Below, piece after piece: positions 38,720 to 48,197 of a stretch of DNA of 64,000 bases. Numbering within the stretch: the stretch's first letter is position 1; each line of letters begins with the position of its first letter. The stretch covers positions 30,386 through 94,385 of IMG/VR virus record IMGVR_UViG_3300020229_000001; one strand, 5' to 3'. The notes under the pieces are model-generated. The model made no database searches. It had not been told where the DNA came from and worked only from the letters and a program-made list of their open reading frames with translations. This DNA is from a virus. Both the position numbers and the translations under genes were made by a program.

Positions 38720-39184
38720 CTATTTATTTTGTGCGTTATTTAATCCCGCTTCAATTGCATCTAAGTCTCTAACAACAGGCTTTGGCTCAACAAACCTTGG
38801 CTTAGTATTTGGTGATTCTTCAGGCAAAGCAAACACAGGCTTTCCTTCTTGCTCGCGTTGAATTGCGTGCCCAATTGCCTTGTGAATGATTCCCTTAAAA
38901 ACTTCTGGGTCAGCCTGCTCGTGCTGCTCAACCGGGACATTAAGCAAGTAGTCCCGTTCTGCGTCACTTAAAGTTGGAACCATTAACGGAATGTCTGTTT
39001 GTTTCCCTCTATTCAAATCATCAACTTGAAATCCCATAGACAACTCGCTGGATTTTTTCCCAGACCCGTCGCCTCGGTCATACAATCCCAAAAAGCCGTG
39101 CCCTTTTTGCGAACCGTCAGCCCGTTTCCAGTCTGCTCCTTGTTCTTCTGTTGGTGGCTTTACGCCTAAGTTTACTCCTCCCAT
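38720..39184 (-). CDS. Phage hypothetical protein
   Basis: RADGSQKGHGFLG..ELSM..IPLMVPTL..HAIQR..GKPVF pattern recalled from other phage proteins; tightly packed. Confidence 0.6.
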   Translation of the reverse strand: MGGVNLGVKPPTEEQGADWKRADGSQKGHGFLGLYDRGDGSGKKSSELSMGFQVDDLNRGKQTDIPLMVPTLSDAERDYLLNVPVEQHEQADPEVFKGIIHKAIGHAIQREQEGKPVFALPEESPNTKPRFVEPKPVVRDLDAIEAGLNNAQNK

Positions 39185-39185
39185 A

Positions 39186-41585
39186 TTAAGCTGCTGTTGG
39201 TGGTCTTGGTGGTGTTGCTACGCCCGAAATCATTGCGTTCTGGTTTGGTGTTTGCTGCGTATAAACTTCGCCCATTTGTTTTTGTGCAGCCGCCGTTTGT
39301 TGCGGCCTTCCGCCTTGATGCGCGGCTGCGGGCGTAAGATCTGGAGGAGGCGGAGTATTGTGCCCTTTGGTAAGATGGTCGTGCGCTTGCCTGTACATCT
39401 GTTTGTATTTTCCAACAGCGTCCGAAGGCATTCCTTTGGCTTCCGCTGCTTGAATGTGCATGCCAAAATGCTCCATCGCTTTTGTGAGCATCATAACAAA
39501 TTCAGGCGTCAATCCTCCCGCAGGAACGCCCTGAACAGCAGGCATTAACTTTTGAACCATCGTGTCCAGATGCACTTGATCGTTGTCACGAGGGGAAACA
39601 GGGATGTCCTGACCAGCAATAATAGACTGAAGCTCAATAATTTGCTGGCGGGTAGCCTCAATGGCCATTGCCTCCACTTGATCCTTTGGTAGAATCACTT
39701 CATTGGCCGTTGTCTCCCCTAACTTCTTGACCCAATCCATTTTCATCAAGGCGTCTTGATTAATGTTTGGGTTGCCCATGTATCGCTGCACCATAACATC
39801 CAAGATCTGGTTGTCTTGCGCCGAATTGTCGGGAATCAACTCACTAGCAGGGCTGTAAGCCATCAGCAAGATATCTGCTGGAGAGATGTTTTTTTCAATC
39901 ATCTCAAGGCAGCAATTGATTGCATCCTCGTCCAAGTGTTCAGGGATTTCAAATGGGATAAGGAACGGCGGAAGTTCGAGCATTGAGCGGTCAAATGCAT
40001 CAACTACTTCACGACGAGCCCAGATTGCAAATTTTTCTACCTGCCGAGCAAGGTCTAGTTTTCCCTTCAGATCGGCGGCTGCCTTGAGATGCTCTGGATG
40101 ACAGATGCCACGTTGCATGCGCTCAACCCCGTGGGAAAATTGGCGAGAGAAGCGCATGAGAACGCCTTGTCTAAGTTGGTTCTCGATAGCTGCAACTCGG
40201 TTTACTTCCGATGCTGTCTTCTTTCCTTGCGTCTCCACCGGGCTTCCGGGAAGAAATGTCCCAACCTGAATTTCTGCAAGCTGAGAAACGAATCGGTCGA
40301 GTTGCAAAAAGTCCTCCACATTAGCTGGCAGGCCCTGCGGCACAACATCGTACCCTTCGGACACAAACGCAACAGGATGATGCACTGTTAAAGGAGCCAT
40401 GTTTGGCTTTGCTGTTGGACCCTTTTTGAGCAGTAGCAACCCCTTAATGTAGCTGTTGTCTACCACAAGGTTTCGAGCCTTGTCCACAGCGACGTGGGTG
40501 TTGTAAAGGTCACGGCCAGCGCCGCGACTAGACATTAAGTTCCCCGATCCGATTTCAATGGCAAAGAGCGCAAGTGTCTCTGACATGCGGTTATAGCGAT
40601 CAACCTGCGTACAAATTTCGTCTCCGCTTTTGTCGTCGAAAAGGAAGCGGGATATTTTTCCATGCGGTTCTTTGACCAAGATTTCACCCAGTTCCACATA
40701 CTTTGCATCGTTCTCATAGCTGGCCCCATAGGACCCTTCTCGCTGCCAGTCTTCGTACCTGCGAGCGTCGTCATCTGCATCAAGCGTGCGCCCAGCAGGG
40801 ATGGCGTTGTTGATAGCCTTAACTAGGTTTTTGATGTGCCACCCGGCCAGAATGGACATCTGTTCGTTTTCGAGGATCGGTAAAAGCTCGGCGATTTGAT
40901 ATCGACGTTTCCTTGCCCAGATTGGAGTTGCGTCAGAAAGCATCGGAGTTTCAATGCTAAAAAACGTATAATCTTGCCTGAGAAACTCAGGCTTCCAATC
41001 TCGGGTGTCGTCCCAACACCAGCCGCAATATCCGAACGTCGTATTTTCATGCACTGTTTGGGCGACAAGATCATCAAACCCGTTCCAACCCCGGATGCAC
41101 TTGGTAATCGCATTCCGAAAGACTTTCGTCTTGTGTTCGGTGTCAATGCCGTCCACCGGGTACTTTGCAAATGTAAGTGTCGCAGCCTGTTCTATGACTT
41201 CTCTAAACGGCGGCTGAATACGAGACACCATAGTAGAAAGGAAGCCAGTAGGGCGATTGGAGCGCCAATTTTGACCCATTGATTCGAGCTTTTTTGGCTG
41301 GTACGGTGGTTCATTATTTAATTTTTTTTGAATTAATTGATTCTTCCGATTGCGTTCGACGTTTTGCTGTTTAAGACGGCGGTACGCACTGTGAGCTTGC
41401 TGTGCGTCCTTGAACGTGCGCCGAACTTTAAGCGTGTCTGGATCTACGGTATCAGTGTTTCCTACGTCCGGGTCCGTTACGTCCAACCCAAGAATCCGTG
41501 GCTTATCGTGATGATCACTTACTCGGGGGGCTTTGTCGGCAAACTTGTCAGTGATCCGAGGGTCAAGAGGCTTTATGTTTGCCAT
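39186..41585 (-). CDS. Portal protein
   Basis: 799 aa helical protein downstream of TerL; KTASEVN motif typical of podovirus portals; Pro/Gln-rich tail. Confidence 0.75.
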   Translation of the reverse strand: MANIKPLDPRITDKFADKAPRVSDHHDKPRILGLDVTDPDVGNTDTVDPDTLKVRRTFKDAQQAHSAYRRLKQQNVERNRKNQLIQKKLNNEPPYQPKKLESMGQNWRSNRPTGFLSTMVSRIQPPFREVIEQAATLTFAKYPVDGIDTEHKTKVFRNAITKCIRGWNGFDDLVAQTVHENTTFGYCGWCWDDTRDWKPEFLRQDYTFFSIETPMLSDATPIWARKRRYQIAELLPILENEQMSILAGWHIKNLVKAINNAIPAGRTLDADDDARRYEDWQREGSYGASYENDAKYVELGEILVKEPHGKISRFLFDDKSGDEICTQVDRYNRMSETLALFAIEIGSGNLMSSRGAGRDLYNTHVAVDKARNLVVDNSYIKGLLLLKKGPTAKPNMAPLTVHHPVAFVSEGYDVVPQGLPANVEDFLQLDRFVSQLAEIQVGTFLPGSPVETQGKKTASEVNRVAAIENQLRQGVLMRFSRQFSHGVERMQRGICHPEHLKAAADLKGKLDLARQVEKFAIWARREVVDAFDRSMLELPPFLIPFEIPEHLDEDAINCCLEMIEKNISPADILLMAYSPASELIPDNSAQDNQILDVMVQRYMGNPNINQDALMKMDWVKKLGETTANEVILPKDQVEAMAIEATRQQIIELQSIIAGQDIPVSPRDNDQVHLDTMVQKLMPAVQGVPAGGLTPEFVMMLTKAMEHFGMHIQAAEAKGMPSDAVGKYKQMYRQAHDHLTKGHNTPPPPDLTPAAAHQGGRPQQTAAAQKQMGEVYTQQTPNQNAMISGVATPPRPPTAA

Positions 41586-41588
41586 ATG

Positions 41589-42167
41589 CTATAATGTAAC
41601 CCAGCAGGCGCTAGGAAGGTTTGTTGCTCGTTGAAGGACCGAGCGGTCCATGAAGATTGCAGCCCTGTTGTCGTGGCGCATCAGTGTGCAGCCCCCGAGA
41701 ACGGCGGAAGATTTGGTGTCACGGGCTTGCCGAACCGAGGCGCACAGCCTGTCTGTGGATGCGATACATGAATTGCAGCCGCCCCTCCAATTGACGTTGT
41801 TTGGGCAGGCCCGGCAAATCTGCGCTCGGGTCTCTGCGAGGTCCTCAGACACGAGAGGATGCGGTTCGTTTGAGTGCAGGATTCCCTTGGCCCACGTCCC
41901 AATGTCGTTCATCAGTTCGCCAGTTGCGGTTGTAGCGTTCACGCTTGTGATCGAAACCATGTCTACACCGTGGCAAAAGTTGGGCCAGTTCGAGCATATG
42001 TAGCTCGCCACGTCCCCTTCGATGTCGCCCCCGGGCAGGTGATTCTCGGCTCGGTACGTCTCCACGGCCTTGAGCAAGTCTGCATGACTATACCCTGCCA
42101 GCTTCACGTCGCTCTGGTAGTAGTGCCATCCCCCGGGAGGGACCATGCCTATGATTGGTTTTGCCAT
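41589..42167 (-). CDS. Cys-rich hypothetical protein (9 Cys)
   Basis: RAQICRACPNN, GCNSC and further Cys; tightly packed upstream of the portal gene. Confidence 0.65.
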   Translation of the reverse strand: MAKPIIGMVPPGGWHYYQSDVKLAGYSHADLLKAVETYRAENHLPGGDIEGDVASYICSNWPNFCHGVDMVSITSVNATTATGELMNDIGTWAKGILHSNEPHPLVSEDLAETRAQICRACPNNVNWRGGCNSCIASTDRLCASVRQARDTKSSAVLGGCTLMRHDNRAAIFMDRSVLQRATNLPSACWVTL

Positions 42168-42170
42168 AGA

Positions 42171-42686
42171 CTACAGAACAAACTCGTGGTGACACTTTGG
42201 ACAGATTGTAGTGTCTGAGGGCTCTTTTTGCGGTTTTTCCGCAGAAACAGGCTCAATATCTGGAGAACCGAGGAGTTCATCCAATTCTTCCTTACTGAAC
42301 CCCAGCGCACTCACGTCAAAGTCTTCTTCCCGGAGAGCGTCAACCTCTGCGGCCAGCACGTCGTAATCCCACGCAGCCATCGTTGCCAGTTGATTGTCTG
42401 CAATGGTGTAAGCCCTAACCATTGCGTCATCAAGGTGCGCCAACACGATGCAGGGGATCTGCTCGAGCCCTGCTTTCTTTGCTGCCAACACCCGTCCATG
42501 CCCGGCGATGATGCGCCCAGAGGAGTGGATGAGCACAGGGTTCGTAAACCCAAAAGTCTTGAGCGAGTCAGCCAGTGCCTCCACCTGTGCGTCAGAATGC
42601 ACCCGGGCGTTCTGTGCGTATGGTTCCAGCTCACCAACCGAGCGCATGACTACTTCAAGTCGTTCTTTTTTAATGGCGCTTTTCAT
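42171..42686 (-). CDS. ParB/Srx-like N-terminal domain protein with C-terminal CxxC
   Basis: PYAQNARVH, FGFTNPVLI, IIAGHGRVLAA, YTIADNQL, CPKCHHEF. Confidence 0.9.
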   Translation of the reverse strand: MKSAIKKERLEVVMRSVGELEPYAQNARVHSDAQVEALADSLKTFGFTNPVLIHSSGRIIAGHGRVLAAKKAGLEQIPCIVLAHLDDAMVRAYTIADNQLATMAAWDYDVLAAEVDALREEDFDVSALGFSKEELDELLGSPDIEPVSAEKPQKEPSDTTICPKCHHEFVL

Positions 42687-42864
42687 GGCTGGGACAGAGA
42701 TAAACCTTCATGCCGTTCTCTAATGTGACCTGCTTAGATGTGAGTGTTCCGCATTTATCGTATTCCATGCCACTGGGGCCTTTGCGTGAGTCAATATGAC
42801 CGCACTCGTACAGTTTACGAATTTGGGGTTCCTTTTTGGCTTTAGTTGGCTTGTAATCTCTCAC
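42670..42864 (-). CDS. Small Cys/His hypothetical protein
   Basis: Overlapping packing with neighbours. Confidence 0.45.
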   Translation of the reverse strand: MRDYKPTKAKKEPQIRKLYECGHIDSRKGPSGMEYDKCGTLTSKQVTLENGMKVYLCPSHEKRH

Positions 42865-43310
42865 GATTTATTTATGACAGTATTCTGATTTCTTTTAGAT
42901 TTCAACTGAATGACCACGGTGTCTTTCCCAAGGCACTCCTTACAGTCTTCAGCCTCGTCAATGTAAATGATAGACCGGGCGTTCACCCCAGCTGCGTGGC
43001 CGCATTTTGAACAATGCTTTTCATTGTCCCGGACAAACACCTTGCGCTGTTCTCGTTTAAGTCGTGTCATGGTTCGTGGAAGCACTTCAGGGACGTTTAC
43101 TGGGCCAAACCAAACAAGGCAGTCTTCGCTGAGTAGAAACTCTTCCGCCAAATTGTGCCTGACATTCTTGAGCACATAAGACTGTTGATCTTCCACTCCT
43201 TGCTGTGCGTTTTCTTCAGCATAGTACAAGAATCCAATATAATAGATCCCCGGCTTATCGGGTCTTTTTGTCGCGTAAAGAGTCCAGCTTTTCTTGCCTC
43301 TGTTTTGCAT
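42861..43310 (-). CDS. Hypothetical protein with a Zn-ribbon
   Basis: CSKC...CKEC. Confidence 0.6.
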   Translation of the reverse strand: MQNRGKKSWTLYATKRPDKPGIYYIGFLYYAEENAQQGVEDQQSYVLKNVRHNLAEEFLLSEDCLVWFGPVNVPEVLPRTMTRLKREQRKVFVRDNEKHCSKCGHAAGVNARSIIYIDEAEDCKECLGKDTVVIQLKSKRNQNTVINKS

Positions 43311-43623
43311 ATATTGATTTTCTAACTGGCTTTTTTGTTGGCGTTTTGTGATTAAGTGTCTGCATGAAATAACTTATCCACAAGAAATTAAGCGATACTC
43401 CAACATTTAAAAGCACCTCGCTCCATGTTGGCGTGGATAACGTCGCAACATTTGCAACTGCTCCGCAGAATGTGACGGAAGCAGCGGCTTTGCAAGCATA
43501 CGCACCCCATTTATTTGCATACACAGGACTGCGTGGGTTTCCAAACACCCTGACAATAAGGTGTAGCATGGACCCCATGCAAATAATGTTAGCGACGACG
43601 TTGATTGCGGTTAATTGGCTCAT
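43255..43623 (-). CDS. Membrane protein (3 TM)
   Basis: Three hydrophobic segments and a basic tail. Confidence 0.6.
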   Translation of the reverse strand: MSQLTAINVVANIICMGSMLHLIVRVFGNPRSPVYANKWGAYACKAAASVTFCGAVANVATLSTPTWSEVLLNVGVSLNFLWISYFMQTLNHKTPTKKPVRKSIYAKQRQEKLDSLRDKKTR

Positions 43624-43903
43624 CTTGAGTTGGAGTAAATATCTTGTTGCTTATGGTTTCAACCGCTCTAAGACCGCAAAAACCAAGAAGAAAAGCAGCA
43701 GCATAACCATAGTGTGGATCTGAGTCTAAGTGTGAAATCTTGAGCAATAACGGAGTCACATAGTTGGCCGACGCAGCGCCTCCTACAAGCGAAGCAATCG
43801 TGGCAATAAGGCTTTGCCCAGAAGTCTTGCTGCTCATCAGTACACTTCCAAACAAACCCGCAATCGCGAGTCCAATATCAATTCCTTCTTCCTTTAAGTT
43901 CAT
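43589..43903 (-). CDS. Holin-like membrane protein (3 TM)
   Basis: AGLFGS..SLVGGAASANYVTP..AAAFLLGFCGL pattern. Confidence 0.55.
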   Translation of the reverse strand: MNLKEEGIDIGLAIAGLFGSVLMSSKTSGQSLIATIASLVGGAASANYVTPLLLKISHLDSDPHYGYAAAFLLGFCGLRAVETISNKIFTPTQDEPINRNQRRR

Positions 43904-43971
43904 AACATAAGAGGGGGGCCGTCGCCCTCGGGGGGATAATATCATAAACCCCCTGTGGGGGCGTATTTTTT

Positions 43972-45846
43972 TTATTCAGAGAAATCCACAAAGCTCACAG
44001 CCGAATCCACCAAGGACACTAGTTCCTTTCCAACAGGCTCTGGCTTTTGCTCACTCATAGTAGCCACGTTCCCGCCCCTCTGCCTCATCAAATGCACAAG
44101 CATCGAAAGAGAATCCAGCGCATCGGGCGACCCCAGCCGAGTTCTCTTAATGTAATCCTTCTTGCTCTCCACCCGGACCATGCCCTGCCCCTTTTGCATG
44201 TATCGCCGAGAGATAGCCTGCTTGGTCAGATCCTCATTCCGAAACCCCGGGCTGATCTTGAGCCACTCAAACTCAAGGTACTTACCCAGCGCAAACAGTA
44301 GCTCAGTCACCAGCCCGTTATACAGCTCGCTTGCCTTCTGGCTGTCGTCTCCCATCACAGGCGTGTCCGTCGCCGCCCAGCTATAGTTCAAGCCCATCAC
44401 CTCGCTGCCAAACGTCGAGCACAGCACATCGTGAATCCCCGCGCCGTTCCCGGTTCGGTCCACGCACAGCCAACGGGGGCTGATCTTCATCTGCTTGCAG
44501 AACTTCGCGATGGCCTGCGCCTGCTCAAGCGTAGCCGCCTTAGGAAAGGGCATCTGACTGTCGAGCTGCATCATCGTCCGAGGGCGTTTGAAGTCGTGGA
44601 ACTTCCCAGAGCGGTCGGTCCAGCCGTCGCTCAATCCAAACCGTCCGTAGCTGCACAACACTTGGTCAACGCCTTCTAGGGCAAGATCGAACGAAGCCAA
44701 CGGTACAACCGGACCTATGAACCTCACGATGCCCTGTGCGTTGTCCATCATCGCTGGACTGATAATGCCCATGCTGATGCCTTCGTCAGGGAACCAGCCG
44801 CGAGCCATTGTCGATGCCTCTGCCGTGCGTCCCTTGCTCACGTAGGCCATGTAGCCTTCGTACGTCTGAAGCCCGTGGAACACCACCCGGCGTTCCTTCA
44901 CGTTCTCGGAGTCTGCTCCGTCCAGCCGGATCACCTGCCAGTCGTCTCGGCTTCGCCAGTCCCTGTCCAACTCCATGTCTATGCTGCCCCATCCAAACTT
45001 CGGTTCGCACCGCTGGCCGAACTGGCTTGTCCTGTCTCGAGGGTTCGACGCAGCAAACACCTTGATCCGTCCCGGGGTGCTCGAGTCCGCTGCCGTCAGA
45101 CAGTTCATGACGCCAGCCCAGACGCCGTCCGGGACCTCCTCAGCCTCATCCAACACTATGTGCGTCCGGGACACCTTGCCCCACCGGGGGTGCGCCGGGC
45201 CAAACCGGGGCGACGGGTGGAACCCACGCAGGCTCCCGTGGCCGCTCTCCCCCTTTGGTATGGCGACCAAATGGATGCCTTGCTTGCTGTCGGTCGTGGA
45301 TTGGATGCTCGTGGCGAGGTCGTCGTCCATGCCCCCGGGGCGGACCAGCGCCGTCCGATGGAATGTCTTGATCGAGGCGAAGATGTTTCGCGTAGCGTGA
45401 GCAGCCGTCAGCGAGACGACCTTGATGCACGTCCAGTCCGGGTCCCTGTACCAGTCAAGGTAGAACCATGCCGCTGCCCCGTAGCTCTTGCCCATCGACC
45501 CGGCTCCCTGCACCAACAGCTTGTCCGTGCCCATCAGGCCCTCCCATACCCGGCGGCAGCTCTCGGGCCTCCAGTCGAACGCCCCGGGTCCCCACAGCAG
45601 GATGGCCGCAGGCTCGAACAGGTCAGCGTCGAGCAGGTGCTGAACGTAGCTGCGAACGATCCGTTCCGCCATTGCCTCGGTGAGGGCTAGCTTGCCTCGG
45701 TGCTGGAGTGCCGCTGAAGCAATGTAGGCCGCGCAACGGATTAGCCCGCGCTCCTCACTAGAGTCAGCCAGCTCCCGGGCCTCGGTAGCGATGCGGATCG
45801 CCCGGGCTACCGGGGGTGGCAGTGTGGTGAGGAGGTCGTCGCTCAT
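43972..45846 (-). CDS. terL: Terminase large subunit
   Basis: Walker A GAGSMGKS, Walker B IVLDEAEE, ASNP coupling motif; RNase H-like nuclease motifs FDLA, VDRTGNGAG, SPDALDS. Confidence 0.92.
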   Translation of the reverse strand: MSDDLLTTLPPPVARAIRIATEARELADSSEERGLIRCAAYIASAALQHRGKLALTEAMAERIVRSYVQHLLDADLFEPAAILLWGPGAFDWRPESCRRVWEGLMGTDKLLVQGAGSMGKSYGAAAWFYLDWYRDPDWTCIKVVSLTAAHATRNIFASIKTFHRTALVRPGGMDDDLATSIQSTTDSKQGIHLVAIPKGESGHGSLRGFHPSPRFGPAHPRWGKVSRTHIVLDEAEEVPDGVWAGVMNCLTAADSSTPGRIKVFAASNPRDRTSQFGQRCEPKFGWGSIDMELDRDWRSRDDWQVIRLDGADSENVKERRVVFHGLQTYEGYMAYVSKGRTAEASTMARGWFPDEGISMGIISPAMMDNAQGIVRFIGPVVPLASFDLALEGVDQVLCSYGRFGLSDGWTDRSGKFHDFKRPRTMMQLDSQMPFPKAATLEQAQAIAKFCKQMKISPRWLCVDRTGNGAGIHDVLCSTFGSEVMGLNYSWAATDTPVMGDDSQKASELYNGLVTELLFALGKYLEFEWLKISPGFRNEDLTKQAISRRYMQKGQGMVRVESKKDYIKRTRLGSPDALDSLSMLVHLMRQRGGNVATMSEQKPEPVGKELVSLVDSAVSFVDFSE

Positions 45847-46256
45847 AGTAGCTTGAATTCAGCGATGGGGATGTGCGCCATCGACTCGATATCTTGTGCG
45901 TCTGCCCTGTCCCGCCTGCCGCCCGAACGCACTTCGTATCGCTCGGGTTGCACCCATCCAAGGCAGTCCGTCCACTGCACCACCAACATAAACGGCAGGT
46001 TAGTCTGTTCAGCAAGGGCGCGACCCGCCAGCATCTTTGCCTCGGACACTGCGTAGGTGTCGTACTGCGATTGAGGGTTGCTGCGGCACTTGATCTCGAC
46101 CCACGCCATCAGCCTGCCGTTGCGATACAGGGCATAGTCCACCCCGCATAGCTTCGGCATCCGCAACCCCTGACATCGCCACCGCTCAAACAGTGTCTCC
46201 ATCACTGCCGCCTCGTTGGCTCGGTCCGCCTCTGTCTCGTAGATGGGTCGGCTCAT
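45843..46256 (-). CDS. PD-(D/E)XK nuclease
   Basis: VDYAL..WVEIKCR motif. Confidence 0.75.
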   Translation of the reverse strand: MSRPIYETEADRANEAAVMETLFERWRCQGLRMPKLCGVDYALYRNGRLMAWVEIKCRSNPQSQYDTYAVSEAKMLAGRALAEQTNLPFMLVVQWTDCLGWVQPERYEVRSGGRRDRADAQDIESMAHIPIAEFKLL

Positions 46257-46363
46257 CGCCACGGGTTTGCCCAGCGCCACATGTACGCCAGCGCCCCCAG
46301 CGACACCATCCCGTAGAGGATGCCGATGAAGTCGCCGACACGGATGTCTACTCCGATGATCAT
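46253..46363 (-). CDS. 36-aa membrane peptide
   Basis: Manual translation MIIGVDIRVGDFIGILYGMVSLGALAYMWRWANPWR; ATGA overlap with the next gene. Confidence 0.45.
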   Translation of the reverse strand: MIIGVDIRVGDFIGILYGMVSLGALAYMWRWANPWR

Positions 46364-46367
46364 GCGG

Positions 46368-46670
46368 TCACGGACGAAGGATGATGCGGCCATTGCTGCG
46401 ACCCAGTGGCTGTACGAACAGTCCCGTGGCATCCCGGCGGACCCGAAGACGCTGTGTCTGGCCGAGCAGCCAGCCGGGGTTGGCCGTGGGACCGCTGCCT
46501 GTGGGCTGTGTGCGCTTGAAGACAGCGAACGTCTTGGAGACGGCCACGCACAGGAACGTCAAGTCAGGCATGACTGCGGCCTCGGCGTTGTTCTGCTCGT
46601 CGTAGGGGCGCAGTCCGTAGTTAGTCAGTGAGTTGGTGTAGGTGTTACCCTCGGTGAAGTAAGTTGCCAT
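46368..46670 (-). CDS. Hypothetical protein
   Basis: 100-aa ORF with an A/C-rich leader like other genes of this phage. Confidence 0.55.
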   Translation of the reverse strand: MATYFTEGNTYTNSLTNYGLRPYDEQNNAEAAVMPDLTFLCVAVSKTFAVFKRTQPTGSGPTANPGWLLGQTQRLRVRRDATGLFVQPLGRSNGRIILRP

Positions 46671-46784
46671 AATAGGTGTAGGTTGCTGATTGGTTGATGT
46701 TTACGAGCTAAAAGCAGTGGGGTTTTCCACTCCATATGACTTATGTTGTACGGGGTTATGGGTAAGTTGTTGAGTTTTAGATGC

Positions 46785-47333
46785 TTACAAGGGTGCTGTT
46801 GTAGCGTGCTTTAGAACCTCGTCTAACCCGGGCTGATTCATCGGTGCAGACTGATACATCAGCTCTGCTGCCTCAGGGGCGACAATGACGGCCTCCATCC
46901 ATTCCCGGGGTGGGTTGGGATGGTTGCGATGGTAGACCTCGAAGGTCAGCTTAATGTCACCACCAGTGTCCAGCGTCACATTGTCAGCCAGTTCCCCAGC
47001 GAGCTTAGCGTCGGCCATCAGAGCGCCCAGACGGTCAAAGGTCGCCTCGATCTTCCCGTCGGTCTTCTTGACGACCCGGGTTGGCACGGTCCCCTCGATC
47101 ATTTGCCGCAGCAGGTCCCGCTTGTTGTCGATGGCCATGAGGGACCGACAGTTGACCTCGGTCTGGATTTCCGCGATGCGGGCCTTGATGTCAACCTTCT
47201 TGTAGAGCTGGTAGCCGATCTGCCCGGGATTGTTGGCATGCGGGGCAAGCTGGGTGTAAGCCGACTTGCGGTCCAGTCCTTCGGCGACAAGCCAGCAGAA
47301 TCGCTCGTGCAGTCTGTTGGTCAAACGAGGCAT
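46785..47333 (-). CDS. terS: Terminase small subunit
   Basis: N-terminal HTH (HERFCWLVAEG..SAY..IKARIAEIQ); upstream of TerL. Confidence 0.75.
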   Translation of the reverse strand: MPRLTNRLHERFCWLVAEGLDRKSAYTQLAPHANNPGQIGYQLYKKVDIKARIAEIQTEVNCRSLMAIDNKRDLLRQMIEGTVPTRVVKKTDGKIEATFDRLGALMADAKLAGELADNVTLDTGGDIKLTFEVYHRNHPNPPREWMEAVIVAPEAAELMYQSAPMNQPGLDEVLKHATTAPL

Positions 47334-47420
47334 GATCAGCGGGTTAGAACAGAGACGGCAGAAAAGGGGGCGCGACCCACAGTGTTGGAGTTTGTTGTCA
47401 TTGTAGTGCTTTTGGGTTGG

Positions 47421-47449
47421 ATAATGCCTGTTTACATCATTGAGGTCAA
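47421..47449 (-). promoter_or_regulatory. Sigma70-like promoter upstream of terS
   Basis: TTGACC-17 nt-CATTAT. Confidence 0.5.
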
Positions 47450-47493
47450 ACGGATGATTTTGGGCGTTGTAGTCAGAATTGTTAAAATATACG

Positions 47494-47532
47494 AAAAAAC
47501 CGTCAAACCACTTGATTTGGCTTGACGGTTTT
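47494..47532 (-). terminator. Intrinsic terminator ending the early region
   Basis: AAAACCGTCAA/TTGACGGTTTT inverted repeat with a U6 tract. Confidence 0.7.
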
Positions 47533-47554
47533 GATTACCCTTATTTCCGACAGG

Positions 47555-47860
47555 CTATCGATGGACTGAGGATAGAGCGGCGGCTAAGGCGGCTGCGACG
47601 GGATTGATGGGTGCGACCTTATGACCTTGGGTTTGCTTGTAGCTGGCGGCTGATCGATTGATGTTTTCGACCCGATGAATAGCCTTGATGGCCTTAGCAG
47701 CCTCAGCCTGCTGGTGTTTAGCGATGACGACTGGCGGCGATTCGTGGGTGAGGTCGCCGTTGGTTAGCTCTTCGTAGACTGGGCAGATGTCCCGGTGGAA
47801 GTCGGTTAGTTCAGCCCCGCAGGAACAGGCGACGGTGCGGTTGTGGAATCGTTTACTCAT
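47555..47860 (-). CDS. Hypothetical protein (CSC..H..C)
   Basis: Packed ORF ending before the terminator. Confidence 0.5.
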   Translation of the reverse strand: MSKRFHNRTVACSCGAELTDFHRDICPVYEELTNGDLTHESPPVVIAKHQQAEAAKAIKAIHRVENINRSAASYKQTQGHKVAPINPVAAALAAALSSVHR

Positions 47861-48197
47861 AACATTGCTTGGATTTTTCTGCATCCTCCCATTTACCCAA
47901 CGCCCGCAGGAAAGCCTCTGCACGTTGGCGGGCGGTGGCATTCCAGACGTACCGCGATGCTGGATGATTTTCTAAACGCTCGCGCAGGTGTTTTCTGATG
48001 AAAACACATTGTTCATCCGTCAGCACCTTCTCCGCCTCATGCATGGCGTTGAGGTCGTTACAGTAGTCCTCAATTCCAGTCCGGCCCCCGTCGTGCGTTT
48101 TCGAATTAACCCCCATCAACCCAAACTCTGGGTGCTCAATGATGTCAGTCCACCCGCACGCCTCGGCTATCGCCGTGTTGATCTGTTGGTCGTTCAT
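47853..48197 (-). CDS. NinX/ABA-sandwich-like phage protein
   Basis: INTAIAEACGW..DYCNDLNAMHEAE..ATARQRAEAFL pattern. Confidence 0.6.
   Translation of the reverse strand: MNDQQINTAIAEACGWTDIIEHPEFGLMGVNSKTHDGGRTGIEDYCNDLNAMHEAEKVLTDEQCVFIRKHLRERLENHPASRYVWNATARQRAEAFLRALGKWEDAEKSKQCYE

Noticed and set aside
46725-46750. dif/Xer site (TTATGTTGTA)
   Set aside because: Only a partial XerD-like arm; no XerC arm at 6-bp spacing.
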